Source of the DNA: Polyangia bacterium
Lineage (GTDB): Bacteria > Myxococcota_A > Polyangia > Nannocystales > Nannocystaceae
DNA: 64,000 bases
Direction: 5' to 3'
NCBI GenBank assembly: GCA_030430565.1
Contig: JAUIKS010000004.1
Span: 269,992 to 333,991 of the forward strand
Of the stretch, positions 1 through 7,768 are shown piece after piece. The translations under genes and the position numbers were made by a program. A model generated the notes under the pieces. It saw nothing but the letters and a program-made list of their open reading frames with translations, was not told the DNA's origin and ran no database searches. The stretch's first letter is position 1. Each line of letters begins with the position of its first letter.

Positions 1-166
1 GGCTGAGCCCGCGAGCGCGCGCGCGAGCTCGCGCGCGCGCGCGGGCGCGAAGACGGCCGCCTCGACGCCGGCGCGGGCGAGCGCGGCGGCCAGCGAGGCG
101 CCGCGGACGACGTGCCCCGCGCCGCCGCCGAGCGCGTAGATCAGGACCGGCGCGCGATCCGACGCG
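1..166 (-). CDS. Partial CDS, 5' part of a glycosyltransferase (GT28/MurG-like); gene continues beyond the window start
   Basis: Minus-strand frame reads ...RAPVLIYALGGGAGHVVRGASLAAALARAG..., the N-terminal Gly-rich GGGxGH motif of MurG/GT28-type transferases. GC3 is high in this frame. No canonical start codon was found, so the start is uncertain. Confidence 0.35.
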
Positions 167-175
167 GCGCGCAGC

Positions 176-511
176 TCAGCTGCCCTCCCAGTGATCTTCG
201 ACCATGTCCCCAAAGTCGCTCGCGCCGGTCTCGAACAGGCTGTAGTCGGCGTCGCTGTAGGGCTCGTCGAACCAGGTGTCTTGGTGGAAGTACCAGAAGA
301 AGTAGGGGTCGTCGCGCAGGTGGGCGAAGGTGCCGCGGCGCGAGGGGTCGCGCATGGCCTCGCGCGTGCACGTGACGCAGGCCTGATGACCCTGGCTCGG
401 GCGCGCGTGCGACTCGCAGATCGGCTTGCCGCAGTGGGTGCACTGGTGGGCCGCGGTCTGCTTGCACGGGCGCTTAAACAGGATACCGGCGATCTCCTTG
501 CATCGTCTCAC
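176..511 (-). CDS. Small Cys-rich (zinc-ribbon-like) protein, 111 aa
   Basis: ORF with high GC3 and no Arg-rich bias. Two CxxC-type pairs (C-x6-C-THC-x4-C and CVTC) suggest a Zn ribbon. Lies 38 nt downstream of the lipoprotein gene on the same strand. Confidence 0.5.
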   Translation of the reverse strand: MRRCKEIAGILFKRPCKQTAAHQCTHCGKPICESHARPSQGHQACVTCTREAMRDPSRRGTFAHLRDDPYFFWYFHQDTWFDEPYSDADYSLFETGASDFGDMVEDHWEGS

Positions 512-549
512 GCGTGGCCTGCTTTCGGTGTCGCGGTGGTGGGCTCGGC

Positions 550-1326
550 TCAGCGCGCCGCGCCGTGGAACTCGTGGTGGAAGACCATCGCCGCGACGCG
601 CTGCTCGACGGTCAGCTCGGTGAGGCCGAGGAACACCGCCGAGCCGGCCGCGACGGCCTCGTCGACGCTGCCCTCCGGGGCGCCGTCGCGGCGCACGATC
701 CAGCGCCCGCCGTGGTGCTCGAGGGTCACGGCGCCGCCGCTGGTCAGCTCGACCTGGCTGCCCTTGACGCGCCCGAGCTCGCGGTCGTCGCCGAGCTTGA
801 GCTTGTAGCCGTCGCCCTTGATCTTGACCTTGAGCGCGGTGGAGTCGTCGGGGTTGTAGATCTTAAAGCCGTCGTCTTTCTGCTTGACCTTGGCCTTGAG
901 CGCGCCCGCAGCGTCCTTGAGCTTGACGCGATCGGCCTCGACCTTGAGCTTGCCGCGCTCGGCGTCGCCGGCCTTGAGCTTGTAGCCGTCTGGGTGCGGC
1001 TTCGCGGTCGCCCACGCGGCGCCGCCGATCTCGATGGAGAGCGGGACGCGTCCTTGCGAGACCTTCGTCGTCGCGGCGCTGCTCGGCGCGGCCTCACCGT
1101 TCGAACCGCCGTCGCAGGCGATGGTGAGGCCGCCGCAGGCGAGGCCGAGCGCGAGCGCGGGGGCGAGGGCGCGCGAGCGCAGGAGCCGTTGGCGGAGCGA
1201 GGGCGAGGGCGAGGGCTGCACGAGGCGATGGTAGGACGGCGCGCCGCGGCGCGCGACGGAAATGGTCGGCGCGCGGGAGCGCGCCTGCGCGTCCGCGAGC
1301 GGCCGACGAGCGCCGTGGTGGTACAT
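550..1326 (-). CDS. Lipoprotein with basic KLK-type repeats (about 258 aa from ATG at 1326)
   Basis: The long ORF 550..2292 is mostly antisense junk. The real gene starts at MYHHGARR... (ATG 1326). It has a lipobox ALGLAC/GG, then repeats DGYKLKAGD, GKLKVEAD, VKLKDAAG, LKVKIKGDGYKLKLGD. Confidence 0.6.
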   Translation of the reverse strand: MYHHGARRPLADAQARSRAPTISVARRGAPSYHRLVQPSPSPSLRQRLLRSRALAPALALGLACGGLTIACDGGSNGEAAPSSAATTKVSQGRVPLSIEIGGAAWATAKPHPDGYKLKAGDAERGKLKVEADRVKLKDAAGALKAKVKQKDDGFKIYNPDDSTALKVKIKGDGYKLKLGDDRELGRVKGSQVELTSGGAVTLEHHGGRWIVRRDGAPEGSVDEAVAAGSAVFLGLTELTVEQRVAAMVFHHEFHGAAR

Positions 1327-1413
1327 TGATCCGCAGGGCGTGCCGAGCCTGTTGTCGCGCGCTCGGTCGAGCCACGTAGGCGTGTTTGTGGGCACGAGCG
1401 AACGGCCACCTGT

Positions 1414-3234
1414 ATGAACGATCCGATCCGGATTCTCCTGTGGTTCGTCCGCAAGGACGACAGCCATGATCCGTTCGCGTTTCGCTTCGAGAGCCAGCTC
1501 TACAACGTGCTCGACGAGCGCGGCGTGGTCCTGCGCCCGGTCGAGCTCCCGTGGAGCGCGGCGCTGATGCGGCAGCTCGCGGCGCTGCGCGAGCCCAGCC
1601 CGCCCCAGCGCGCCCTCGAGGCGCTCGGCGCGGTCCTCAGCGAGTTCCTCGAGCCGGCCGGCTGGGCGCATCACTCGAAGGCGATCGTCGAGGCCAAGGG
1701 CACCCGCCAGGTCGTCGTCACGATCCGCGCCGCGGCGGCCGAGCTGTTCGCGTTGCCGTGGGAGCTGCTCACGATCAAGGAGACGCAGGAGCGCCTGGGC
1801 GCGCTCGATCACGTGATCCTGCGCTACGAGTGGCCGGGGACGAAGACCGTGCCGGCGCGGGCGCTGCCGGCGGGCGCGTCGACGCGTCGTGTGTTGATGG
1901 CGTGGGCTGGCGAGGTGCCGCACGAGGAGCACGAGCGCGCGATCCGGGCGAGCGCGGGGGCGGCGAAGGCGGGGGCCGCCGAGCTCTGTGTCGTGGCGAA
2001 CGCCTCGTACACCGACATCGCCGACGCGCTGCGCGAGGCGACGCGGGCGGGGCGACCGTTTCAGCTGCTGCACCTCCTGTGTCACGGCGGCGCGGACGAA
2101 GACGGGAGCTACGGGCTCGCGCTGGCGAGCGGCGACGGGGGCGTGGAGACGAGCGTGGTCGCGCCCGCGCGGCTGCAGAAGCTGGTCTCGAGCAACGCCG
2201 GCGAGCTGCGCTTGGTGGTCGTCGCGGCCTGCGACAGCGGGAGCGCGGGCGCGCCCGCGGCGCGGGCTGGCAGCGTGGCGCAGCGCATGCATCAGGCCGG
2301 CGTGCAGGCGGTGCTCGCCTCCCGCTACCCGCTCTCGATCACGGGATCGAGCCGGATGACGACCGCGCTGTACCGCGCGCTGCTCGAGCGCGACGAGAGC
2401 GTCGAGCAGGCCGTGATCGCGGCGCGGGTGGCCATCGATGACGGCGCCGGCTTTGACTGGGCGAGCCTCCAGCTCTACGCGCGCGCCGCCGACGGCGTGG
2501 GGATCCGGGTGTGGCCGCCTGCGCCGAAACCTGTCGAAACGGTCATGTCTCCCGGCGAGGGGGCGGCGACCGGCGCGACGGGGGGGCGCGCGTGGATCTA
2601 CGGCGCCGTCGCGGTCCTCGTGCTCGGCGCGGGCTTCGGGATCGTCCGCGCGCTCACGCCTCCGCCGGGCGCGGACGGGGCGCCCGCCGGGCAGCGCGCG
2701 AGCGACGCGGTCGTGACCGCGCAGAAGGATCTGCCCGCCGAGGCGAGCCCCGGCGCCGCGACCACGGAGGCGACGACGGGCGACGGGACGAGCTCGGGCT
2801 CCGAGGGGCGGGCGGAGACCGACGCGAAGGCGCCGGCGGAGCCCGGGACGACCGGCGCCGAGCCGGTGGCGAAGTCGACGATGGACCCCGCGCTCGCGCC
2901 CGAGACAAAAAAACTCCCGCCCGCGCGAACAGATTCGGCCCCGAAGGCGACTCCCAAGCCGAAGACCGTTCGATGCAGCGGCGCGAAGGAGAAGTGTTCG
3001 AAAGGGCTCATCGACAAGATCGAGGAGAAGCTGCTCGCGCCCACCGGCGGGGGCAGCTACTCGGTGAAGCTCAACGCCTGCGTCGACGGCTCGGTCAAGC
3101 TCGCCAGCTGCTCCGGCTGCAGCGACGCGCTCGAGCGAGAGGCGAGCGGGCGCGCGAAGCGGGTGAGCGCGAGCGTGGTCAAGAGCAAGGGGAAGGACAA
3201 GCTGCCGTGCTACGCGTCGTTTCGCTGGGATTGA
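1414..3234 (+). CDS. CHAT-domain (caspase-like) protease, membrane-anchored, with extracytoplasmic Cys-rich tail (606 aa)
   Basis: Conserved CHAT motifs: FALPWELL N-terminal motif, catalytic His in LLHLLCHGG, and catalytic Cys in VVVAACDSG. One predicted TM helix AWIYGAVAVLVLGAGFGIV. A Pro/Ala/Thr-rich linker precedes a C-terminal module with 8 Cys. Confidence 0.85.
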   Translation: MNDPIRILLWFVRKDDSHDPFAFRFESQLYNVLDERGVVLRPVELPWSAALMRQLAALREPSPPQRALEALGAVLSEFLEPAGWAHHSKAIVEAKGTRQVVVTIRAAAAELFALPWELLTIKETQERLGALDHVILRYEWPGTKTVPARALPAGASTRRVLMAWAGEVPHEEHERAIRASAGAAKAGAAELCVVANASYTDIADALREATRAGRPFQLLHLLCHGGADEDGSYGLALASGDGGVETSVVAPARLQKLVSSNAGELRLVVVAACDSGSAGAPAARAGSVAQRMHQAGVQAVLASRYPLSITGSSRMTTALYRALLERDESVEQAVIAARVAIDDGAGFDWASLQLYARAADGVGIRVWPPAPKPVETVMSPGEGAATGATGGRAWIYGAVAVLVLGAGFGIVRALTPPPGADGAPAGQRASDAVVTAQKDLPAEASPGAATTEATTGDGTSSGSEGRAETDAKAPAEPGTTGAEPVAKSTMDPALAPETKKLPPARTDSAPKATPKPKTVRCSGAKEKCSKGLIDKIEEKLLAPTGGGSYSVKLNACVDGSVKLASCSGCSDALEREASGRAKRVSASVVKSKGKDKLPCYASFRWD

Positions 3235-6119
3235 TCGGCCGCGCGTCGCGGGGGCGTCGCGGGCTGCTGGCGCTCGTCGTCATCGCCGTGTTGGCGCTCC
3301 TCGTCGGCGCGGACGCGCGCGCGCAGGAGGTCGCGCCCGCGGCGGAGCCCGAGCGTGGCGCGACCGGGGCGCCGCCGCCCGATCCCTGCGACGTGATGTG
3401 GACGCTGACGCTGCTCGACGAGGACCAGCGCGCGCTCATGCACGACGCCTGCGAGCTGGGTCCCAAGCCCAGCGGCGAGCTCGCGGCCGCGATGGCGCGG
3501 CTGGCGAGCTCTCCGGGCTGGCACGCGGGCGCGCTCGCGCACCTGGTCCAGCCTGGCGGGAAGACCCGGTTCACGGCGGGCGCCGAGCAGCCGGCGATCG
3601 AGGACATCCAGACCTGGGTGCAGCTCAACGGCAAGGCCTTCGCGGCGCTGCCCGAGGGCGCGAGCGGGGCGCGTCGGAGCGCGGGTCTGCGCGCGCGCCC
3701 GGCGGTCCATCCAGATGACCCTTCAGGCAGCTGGGGGCCGCTGTCCGACGCCTGCGGGGAGATCCGGCACGGCGAGCTGATGCGCAGCTTCCTCGACAGC
3801 GTCGAGGCCGACGCGGCGCCCGAGGACCTGCCCTTCGACGCCGACTTCCTCGAGTGCGTCGGGGTCGACAGCGCCCGCCTGCGCGGGACGAGGGTGCTGA
3901 CGGTCCGCGCCGACGGCCTGACGAGCTTGACCGCGATCATCGGGACGCGGACCTACACGCACGTGCGGGTGTTCGACCGCGCGAGCGCGCTGAAGATCGG
4001 CAAGCACCGCTTTCACGTGCTGGTGGTCCCCGAGGCCGCGCCGGTCACGCTGGTCGGGCGACATCAGAACCTCGAGCTGCCGCTGTACTGGCACGCGATC
4101 GTCGGCCGCAACGAGGCGGTGTGGGTCGAGCCGGTGCACATGTCGTGCCTCGAGCTGAGCTACGTCGCCGACGACGACACGCGGCTGTACTTCGACGGCG
4201 TGCCGATCCAGGCGCGGGGCGTCAAGACGCGGCTGCCGGGCGCGACGCGGCGCGAGCGGACGCTGACGATCTCGCTCGACCAGGCCCGCGCGCGCCTCCC
4301 CGATCACGAGGTCGTCGCGCTCAAGCACGTCTGGGGGACGGCCGACGCGCCTGGCACATGGACCATCCGACACCGCGAGAGCCTGCCGGCCGCGGTCAAG
4401 CCCGCCGAGCTCACGCGCGCGCACGAGTGTCGGGTGCTGAGCCTCGACTTCAGCGAGCCGGCGAAGAAGCGCATCGCGGTCCTGGGCGTCTCGCAGGGCG
4501 AGAGCTGCCAGCACTCGCCGATGTGGGCGGATGACCTGCGCGAGCGCGTGCGCCGGGTGATCGAGGACGACCCGGCGCACCGCGAGCGTCGCCAGTACGC
4601 CAACTTCTCAGCCTACGCGGCCGCCGCGGACGCGCTCTCGGCTTTGAAGTCGCGGCTCAACCCGCAGGAGGGGCGCACCACCGGGGCCGAGACCGGGGCC
4701 GACGCGATGGCGCTGGTGGGGACGGCGGCGAAGGAGGCGTGGCGCCAGGGCATCGACACGCTGCTGTCCTTCGAGCTGCAGTGCTCGCCGCGGGAGCCGG
4801 CGCGCTCGCGGCCCAGCGCGCCGCCGCTGCCGGGGCGTGACACGAGCGAGTGGAGCTACTCGCTCAAGGCGACGCGCATCGACGTCCGCAGCCTGTTCGC
4901 GCGCGGCTACCACGGGCGCGAGAGCCTCGACCTCGAGCGCTTCATCCACGTCGAGTCGATCGGCTTCGAGTCCTCGCGCATTCAGGAGCCGGTGCTGACC
5001 GTGCTGCTCGACCGCGTGTTCGCGGTCGTCGGCGTCCGGTTCATCTCGGCCGCCTCGAGCGTGCCCTACCGCGCGTCGTTGATGGTGCGCGCGGGGGTGT
5101 ACTTCGACGAGACCGAGGGCGCGCACTCGTGGGGGATCCCGCTCGCGGTGGTCTCGCTCGGGCCGACCGCCGGCGTGACTTGGAGTCAGAAGCTCGTCGT
5201 CGAGGATGACGGCGGTCGCCGGGCGATCCGCACGCAGCGGCCGCAGATCTGCGAGCAGCTCGCCAGCCGGGGCGGGCTCGACGCGGCGACGCGGGCCGAG
5301 CTCGACCGGCTGCTCGGCGCGAAGTCGTCCGGCGTGGTCGTCGGGCTGCGCGAGAGCAGCCGCGCGATCGACCAGAGCACGAACCCCGCGGCGGCGGTCT
5401 ACGAGGGGGTGTTCCGCGCGCCGCGGCCGGGCTGGTACCTGCTCGCGCTGTCGAAGGAGGAGGCGATCTGCGTGCACGCGACCGCCGACCCCCGCGAGCT
5501 GTGGGGCGACATCGCGATCACCGGCGGCCCGCTGATGTTCGGGCTCAACAAGACCTTTGAGACAGGGACTGCGGCCAAGCTGTACCTGCGCAGCCGCTTC
5601 GGCGCGACCTGGTACAACGCGCGCGCGCGCTGGATCGGCTACGGCCTGTTCGGCGGCTTCGCGTTCACCGACTACCGGGGCGCGCGCTCGGACTGGTCGG
5701 ACCTCGGCGGGACCGCGGGCGGGACCGGCTCCGCGTCGGACGAGCAGCGGCTGTGGCGGCGCTTCTCGCTGCTGCTCGGCCCGATGCTCGAGTTCCGCTC
5801 GCGCGCGACCGCGGCCGAGATCGAGTTCCGCGCGCGGGTGTCCCCGGCGGTCAACCTCGGCGTCGTCGACCTCACGCGGATCCCGGCGGAGGCGGCCGAC
5901 TTTCGCCGGCGCAACGTCAACGACGGGGTGCTCGACGTGGACTTCGACGTCTTCGTCGATCTCGGCATGTCGGCGCCGGTCGGGCGGGTCGAGCTCGGCG
6001 GCGCGATCATGCTGGGCTACACGGGCATCGACGATCGGCTCGCGTTGTCGAGCACCACCGCCTTCGCCGACGCGAACCTGTTCGTCGGGGTCGGGCTGTT
6101 TCTGGGGGGGGCGAGATGA
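3231..6119 (+). CDS. Large secreted protein (about 960 aa), unknown function, C-terminal region beta-barrel-like
   Basis: The long ORF 2511..6119 is junk upstream of about 3230. A TTG at 3231 overlaps the CHAT stop (tTGA) and gives signal peptide IGRASRGRRGLLALVVIAVLALLVGADARAQE. GC3 is high throughout. The C-terminal 300 aa show alternating hydrophobic strands (WIGYGLFGGFAFTDY, RVELGGAIMLGYTG, LFVGVGLFLGG). The start codon is uncertain. Confidence 0.6.
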   Translation: MIGRASRGRRGLLALVVIAVLALLVGADARAQEVAPAAEPERGATGAPPPDPCDVMWTLTLLDEDQRALMHDACELGPKPSGELAAAMARLASSPGWHAGALAHLVQPGGKTRFTAGAEQPAIEDIQTWVQLNGKAFAALPEGASGARRSAGLRARPAVHPDDPSGSWGPLSDACGEIRHGELMRSFLDSVEADAAPEDLPFDADFLECVGVDSARLRGTRVLTVRADGLTSLTAIIGTRTYTHVRVFDRASALKIGKHRFHVLVVPEAAPVTLVGRHQNLELPLYWHAIVGRNEAVWVEPVHMSCLELSYVADDDTRLYFDGVPIQARGVKTRLPGATRRERTLTISLDQARARLPDHEVVALKHVWGTADAPGTWTIRHRESLPAAVKPAELTRAHECRVLSLDFSEPAKKRIAVLGVSQGESCQHSPMWADDLRERVRRVIEDDPAHRERRQYANFSAYAAAADALSALKSRLNPQEGRTTGAETGADAMALVGTAAKEAWRQGIDTLLSFELQCSPREPARSRPSAPPLPGRDTSEWSYSLKATRIDVRSLFARGYHGRESLDLERFIHVESIGFESSRIQEPVLTVLLDRVFAVVGVRFISAASSVPYRASLMVRAGVYFDETEGAHSWGIPLAVVSLGPTAGVTWSQKLVVEDDGGRRAIRTQRPQICEQLASRGGLDAATRAELDRLLGAKSSGVVVGLRESSRAIDQSTNPAAAVYEGVFRAPRPGWYLLALSKEEAICVHATADPRELWGDIAITGGPLMFGLNKTFETGTAAKLYLRSRFGATWYNARARWIGYGLFGGFAFTDYRGARSDWSDLGGTAGGTGSASDEQRLWRRFSLLLGPMLEFRSRATAAEIEFRARVSPAVNLGVVDLTRIPAEAADFRRRNVNDGVLDVDFDVFVDLGMSAPVGRVELGGAIMLGYTGIDDRLALSSTTAFADANLFVGVGLFLGGAR

Positions 6120-7744
6120 GCCGTACGAGACGACGCGCGCTGGCGCTGGCGCTGGCGCTGGGCGGCGGGCTGACGATGGGCGCGTGCCTGGCGTTCCCGA
6201 CCGAGAAGCAGTGCAAGCGGGCCTGCCTGACCGCGCGCGGCTGCGGGCTGCTGCCCTCGGCGCTCGGCGGGAGCAACACCGAGACCATCGACGAGGCGCA
6301 GGTCGAGTGCGAGCTGCGCTGTCAGTCGACGCTGCTCGAGACGGAGACGCCGCTGGCCCAGCTGCTCGCGCTGCTCGAGACCACCGAGTCGGCCACGCTG
6401 TGCAGCGAGGCGGGGCGGATGACCTGCGCGGCGCTGAGCTCGAGCATCGCGGCGAGCGACGAGCTGGCGAGCGTGCAGGTGACCTCCGAACTCACGGTGT
6501 ACATGGCGGATGTCCGCAGCTTCGTGGCGGCGTTTCAGCCGGAGCGGTGGTGCGAGTCCTCGTACTTCGGCGAGAGCGCCGCGAGCGTGACCCAATCCGT
6601 AGCGATCCCGACCAAGGCCTGCTTCGACGCGATCACGGCCGCGAGCGACTGCGCGACCGTGCAGGGCCTCTACAACGACGCGAGCGAGCAGGCGGACTGT
6701 CGCTACGCTCGGCTCAGCCAGGTCGCCGCGCTCGAGGGGATGAACGCCGCGGTCAACGGCTGCACCGACGACGACGCGACGACGCTCGTCGGCGTCAAAG
6801 AGCTGGTGAGCGACCTGGCGAAGGACTGGGGGCTGGACGACGGCGGCCTGCTGATCAGCGACGGCGCGGTCGAGGCTGACGTAGACGAGCTCGCGCTCCG
6901 CCTCAACGAGCAGGCGGACCGCGAGCTGCGGGGGGTCGACGGGATCTTCCGGGATGTCTGCATCGCCTATGAGAGCGAGCAGAACTCGGGGATGACGGGG
7001 ACGACGGGGACGACGGGGACGACGGGGACGACGACCGGCGACGGGGGCACGAACTGCAACGTCGCGCCGCTGTGTCGCGAGCTCGACTGCGACTCGGATG
7101 TCATCCACTGCGATCCCGCGCTCTGCGAGCTCGGCATCAACGGCCCGAGCCGGGATTGCGGGCTGCTCGGGATCCAGTCGATCCAGCTCGGCTACGAGTA
7201 CAAGGGGGTGCGCGAGCTCGCGCCGGACGCGGTGCTAGGCTGCGGCGACACAGCCGCCGCGTACGCGTTCTCGGGGGTGCCGCTGGCGCAGATGAAGCCG
7301 ATCGCGATCGTCGCGGGCGCGCTCCCCGAGTACCTCGTGCCGGTCGACGTGACGCCCGAGGACGAGGATGAGCCGCTGGTCCACGAGTACACCTGGCACG
7401 TCGAGGGCGCGGAGCGCTGGACGCGAGCGGGGACGAGCCGACTCGTCGTGCCCTCGCCGCAGCTGCGCTACCTGCAGGCGCAGTACTCCAACCCGCTGGA
7501 GATGCTGGGATGGTTGCGGATCCGTCTGCCCGAGTCGGAGGCCTGCAACGAGCAGCCGCAGCTGTGCGAGGGCTACTTCAACAACAACTGCGACGACGGC
7601 CTCGACAACGACGGCAACGGGCTCACCGATCGCGAGGAGCCCTGGTGCGACGCGCTGTTTAACGAGCTCGCTGACGCCTGCCTCGTGGCTCACCACGCGA
7701 TCATGCCGAACCCCGCGTGCAACGTCGAAGACGACGAGCCGTGA
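6116..7744 (+). CDS. Cys-rich lipoprotein (543 aa)
   Basis: ATG at 6116 overlaps the upstream stop (ATGA). Signal peptide with lipobox MSRTRRRALALALALGGGLTMGAC. More than 30 Cys. Contains a (TGT)4 linker and a CDDGLDNDGNGLTDREEPWC module. Confidence 0.65.
   Translation: MSRTRRRALALALALGGGLTMGACLAFPTEKQCKRACLTARGCGLLPSALGGSNTETIDEAQVECELRCQSTLLETETPLAQLLALLETTESATLCSEAGRMTCAALSSSIAASDELASVQVTSELTVYMADVRSFVAAFQPERWCESSYFGESAASVTQSVAIPTKACFDAITAASDCATVQGLYNDASEQADCRYARLSQVAALEGMNAAVNGCTDDDATTLVGVKELVSDLAKDWGLDDGGLLISDGAVEADVDELALRLNEQADRELRGVDGIFRDVCIAYESEQNSGMTGTTGTTGTTGTTTGDGGTNCNVAPLCRELDCDSDVIHCDPALCELGINGPSRDCGLLGIQSIQLGYEYKGVRELAPDAVLGCGDTAAAYAFSGVPLAQMKPIAIVAGALPEYLVPVDVTPEDEDEPLVHEYTWHVEGAERWTRAGTSRLVVPSPQLRYLQAQYSNPLEMLGWLRIRLPESEACNEQPQLCEGYFNNNCDDGLDNDGNGLTDREEPWCDALFNELADACLVAHHAIMPNPACNVEDDEP
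6993..7028 (+). repeat. 9-bp tandem repeat gggacgacg x4, encoding (TGT)4
   Basis: Direct reading: atgacggggacgacggggacgacggggacgacggggacgacgacc. Confidence 0.8.
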
Positions 7745-7768
7745 CGGGCGGCGCGCGGGCGCGGGCGC

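Noticed and set aside
514-1329. 271-aa + strand ORF and many similar long ORFs (e.g. 3723..4580-, 6017..7108-, 8963..11713+, 10980..11711-, 17744..18457-, 21571..22452-, 24070..24903-, 31307..33184-, 34230..35639-, 36434..37978+, 44071..45300+, 46332..47525-, 47938..49173-, 49294..50472-, 51254..52321-, 52425..53348+, 53417..54706+, 54981..56240+)
   Set aside because: These are Arg/Ala/Gly-rich translations with no signal-peptide or motif content. They lie antisense or out of frame to genes with strong GC3 bias and recognisable domains, which is the typical shadow-ORF pattern in 70% GC DNA.
2511-3230. N-terminal 240 codons of the 1202-aa ORF overlapping the CHAT gene
   Set aside because: It is Arg/Gly/Asp-rich junk in a different frame from the CHAT gene, which has clear motifs. 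The real downstream gene begins at the signal peptide near 3231.
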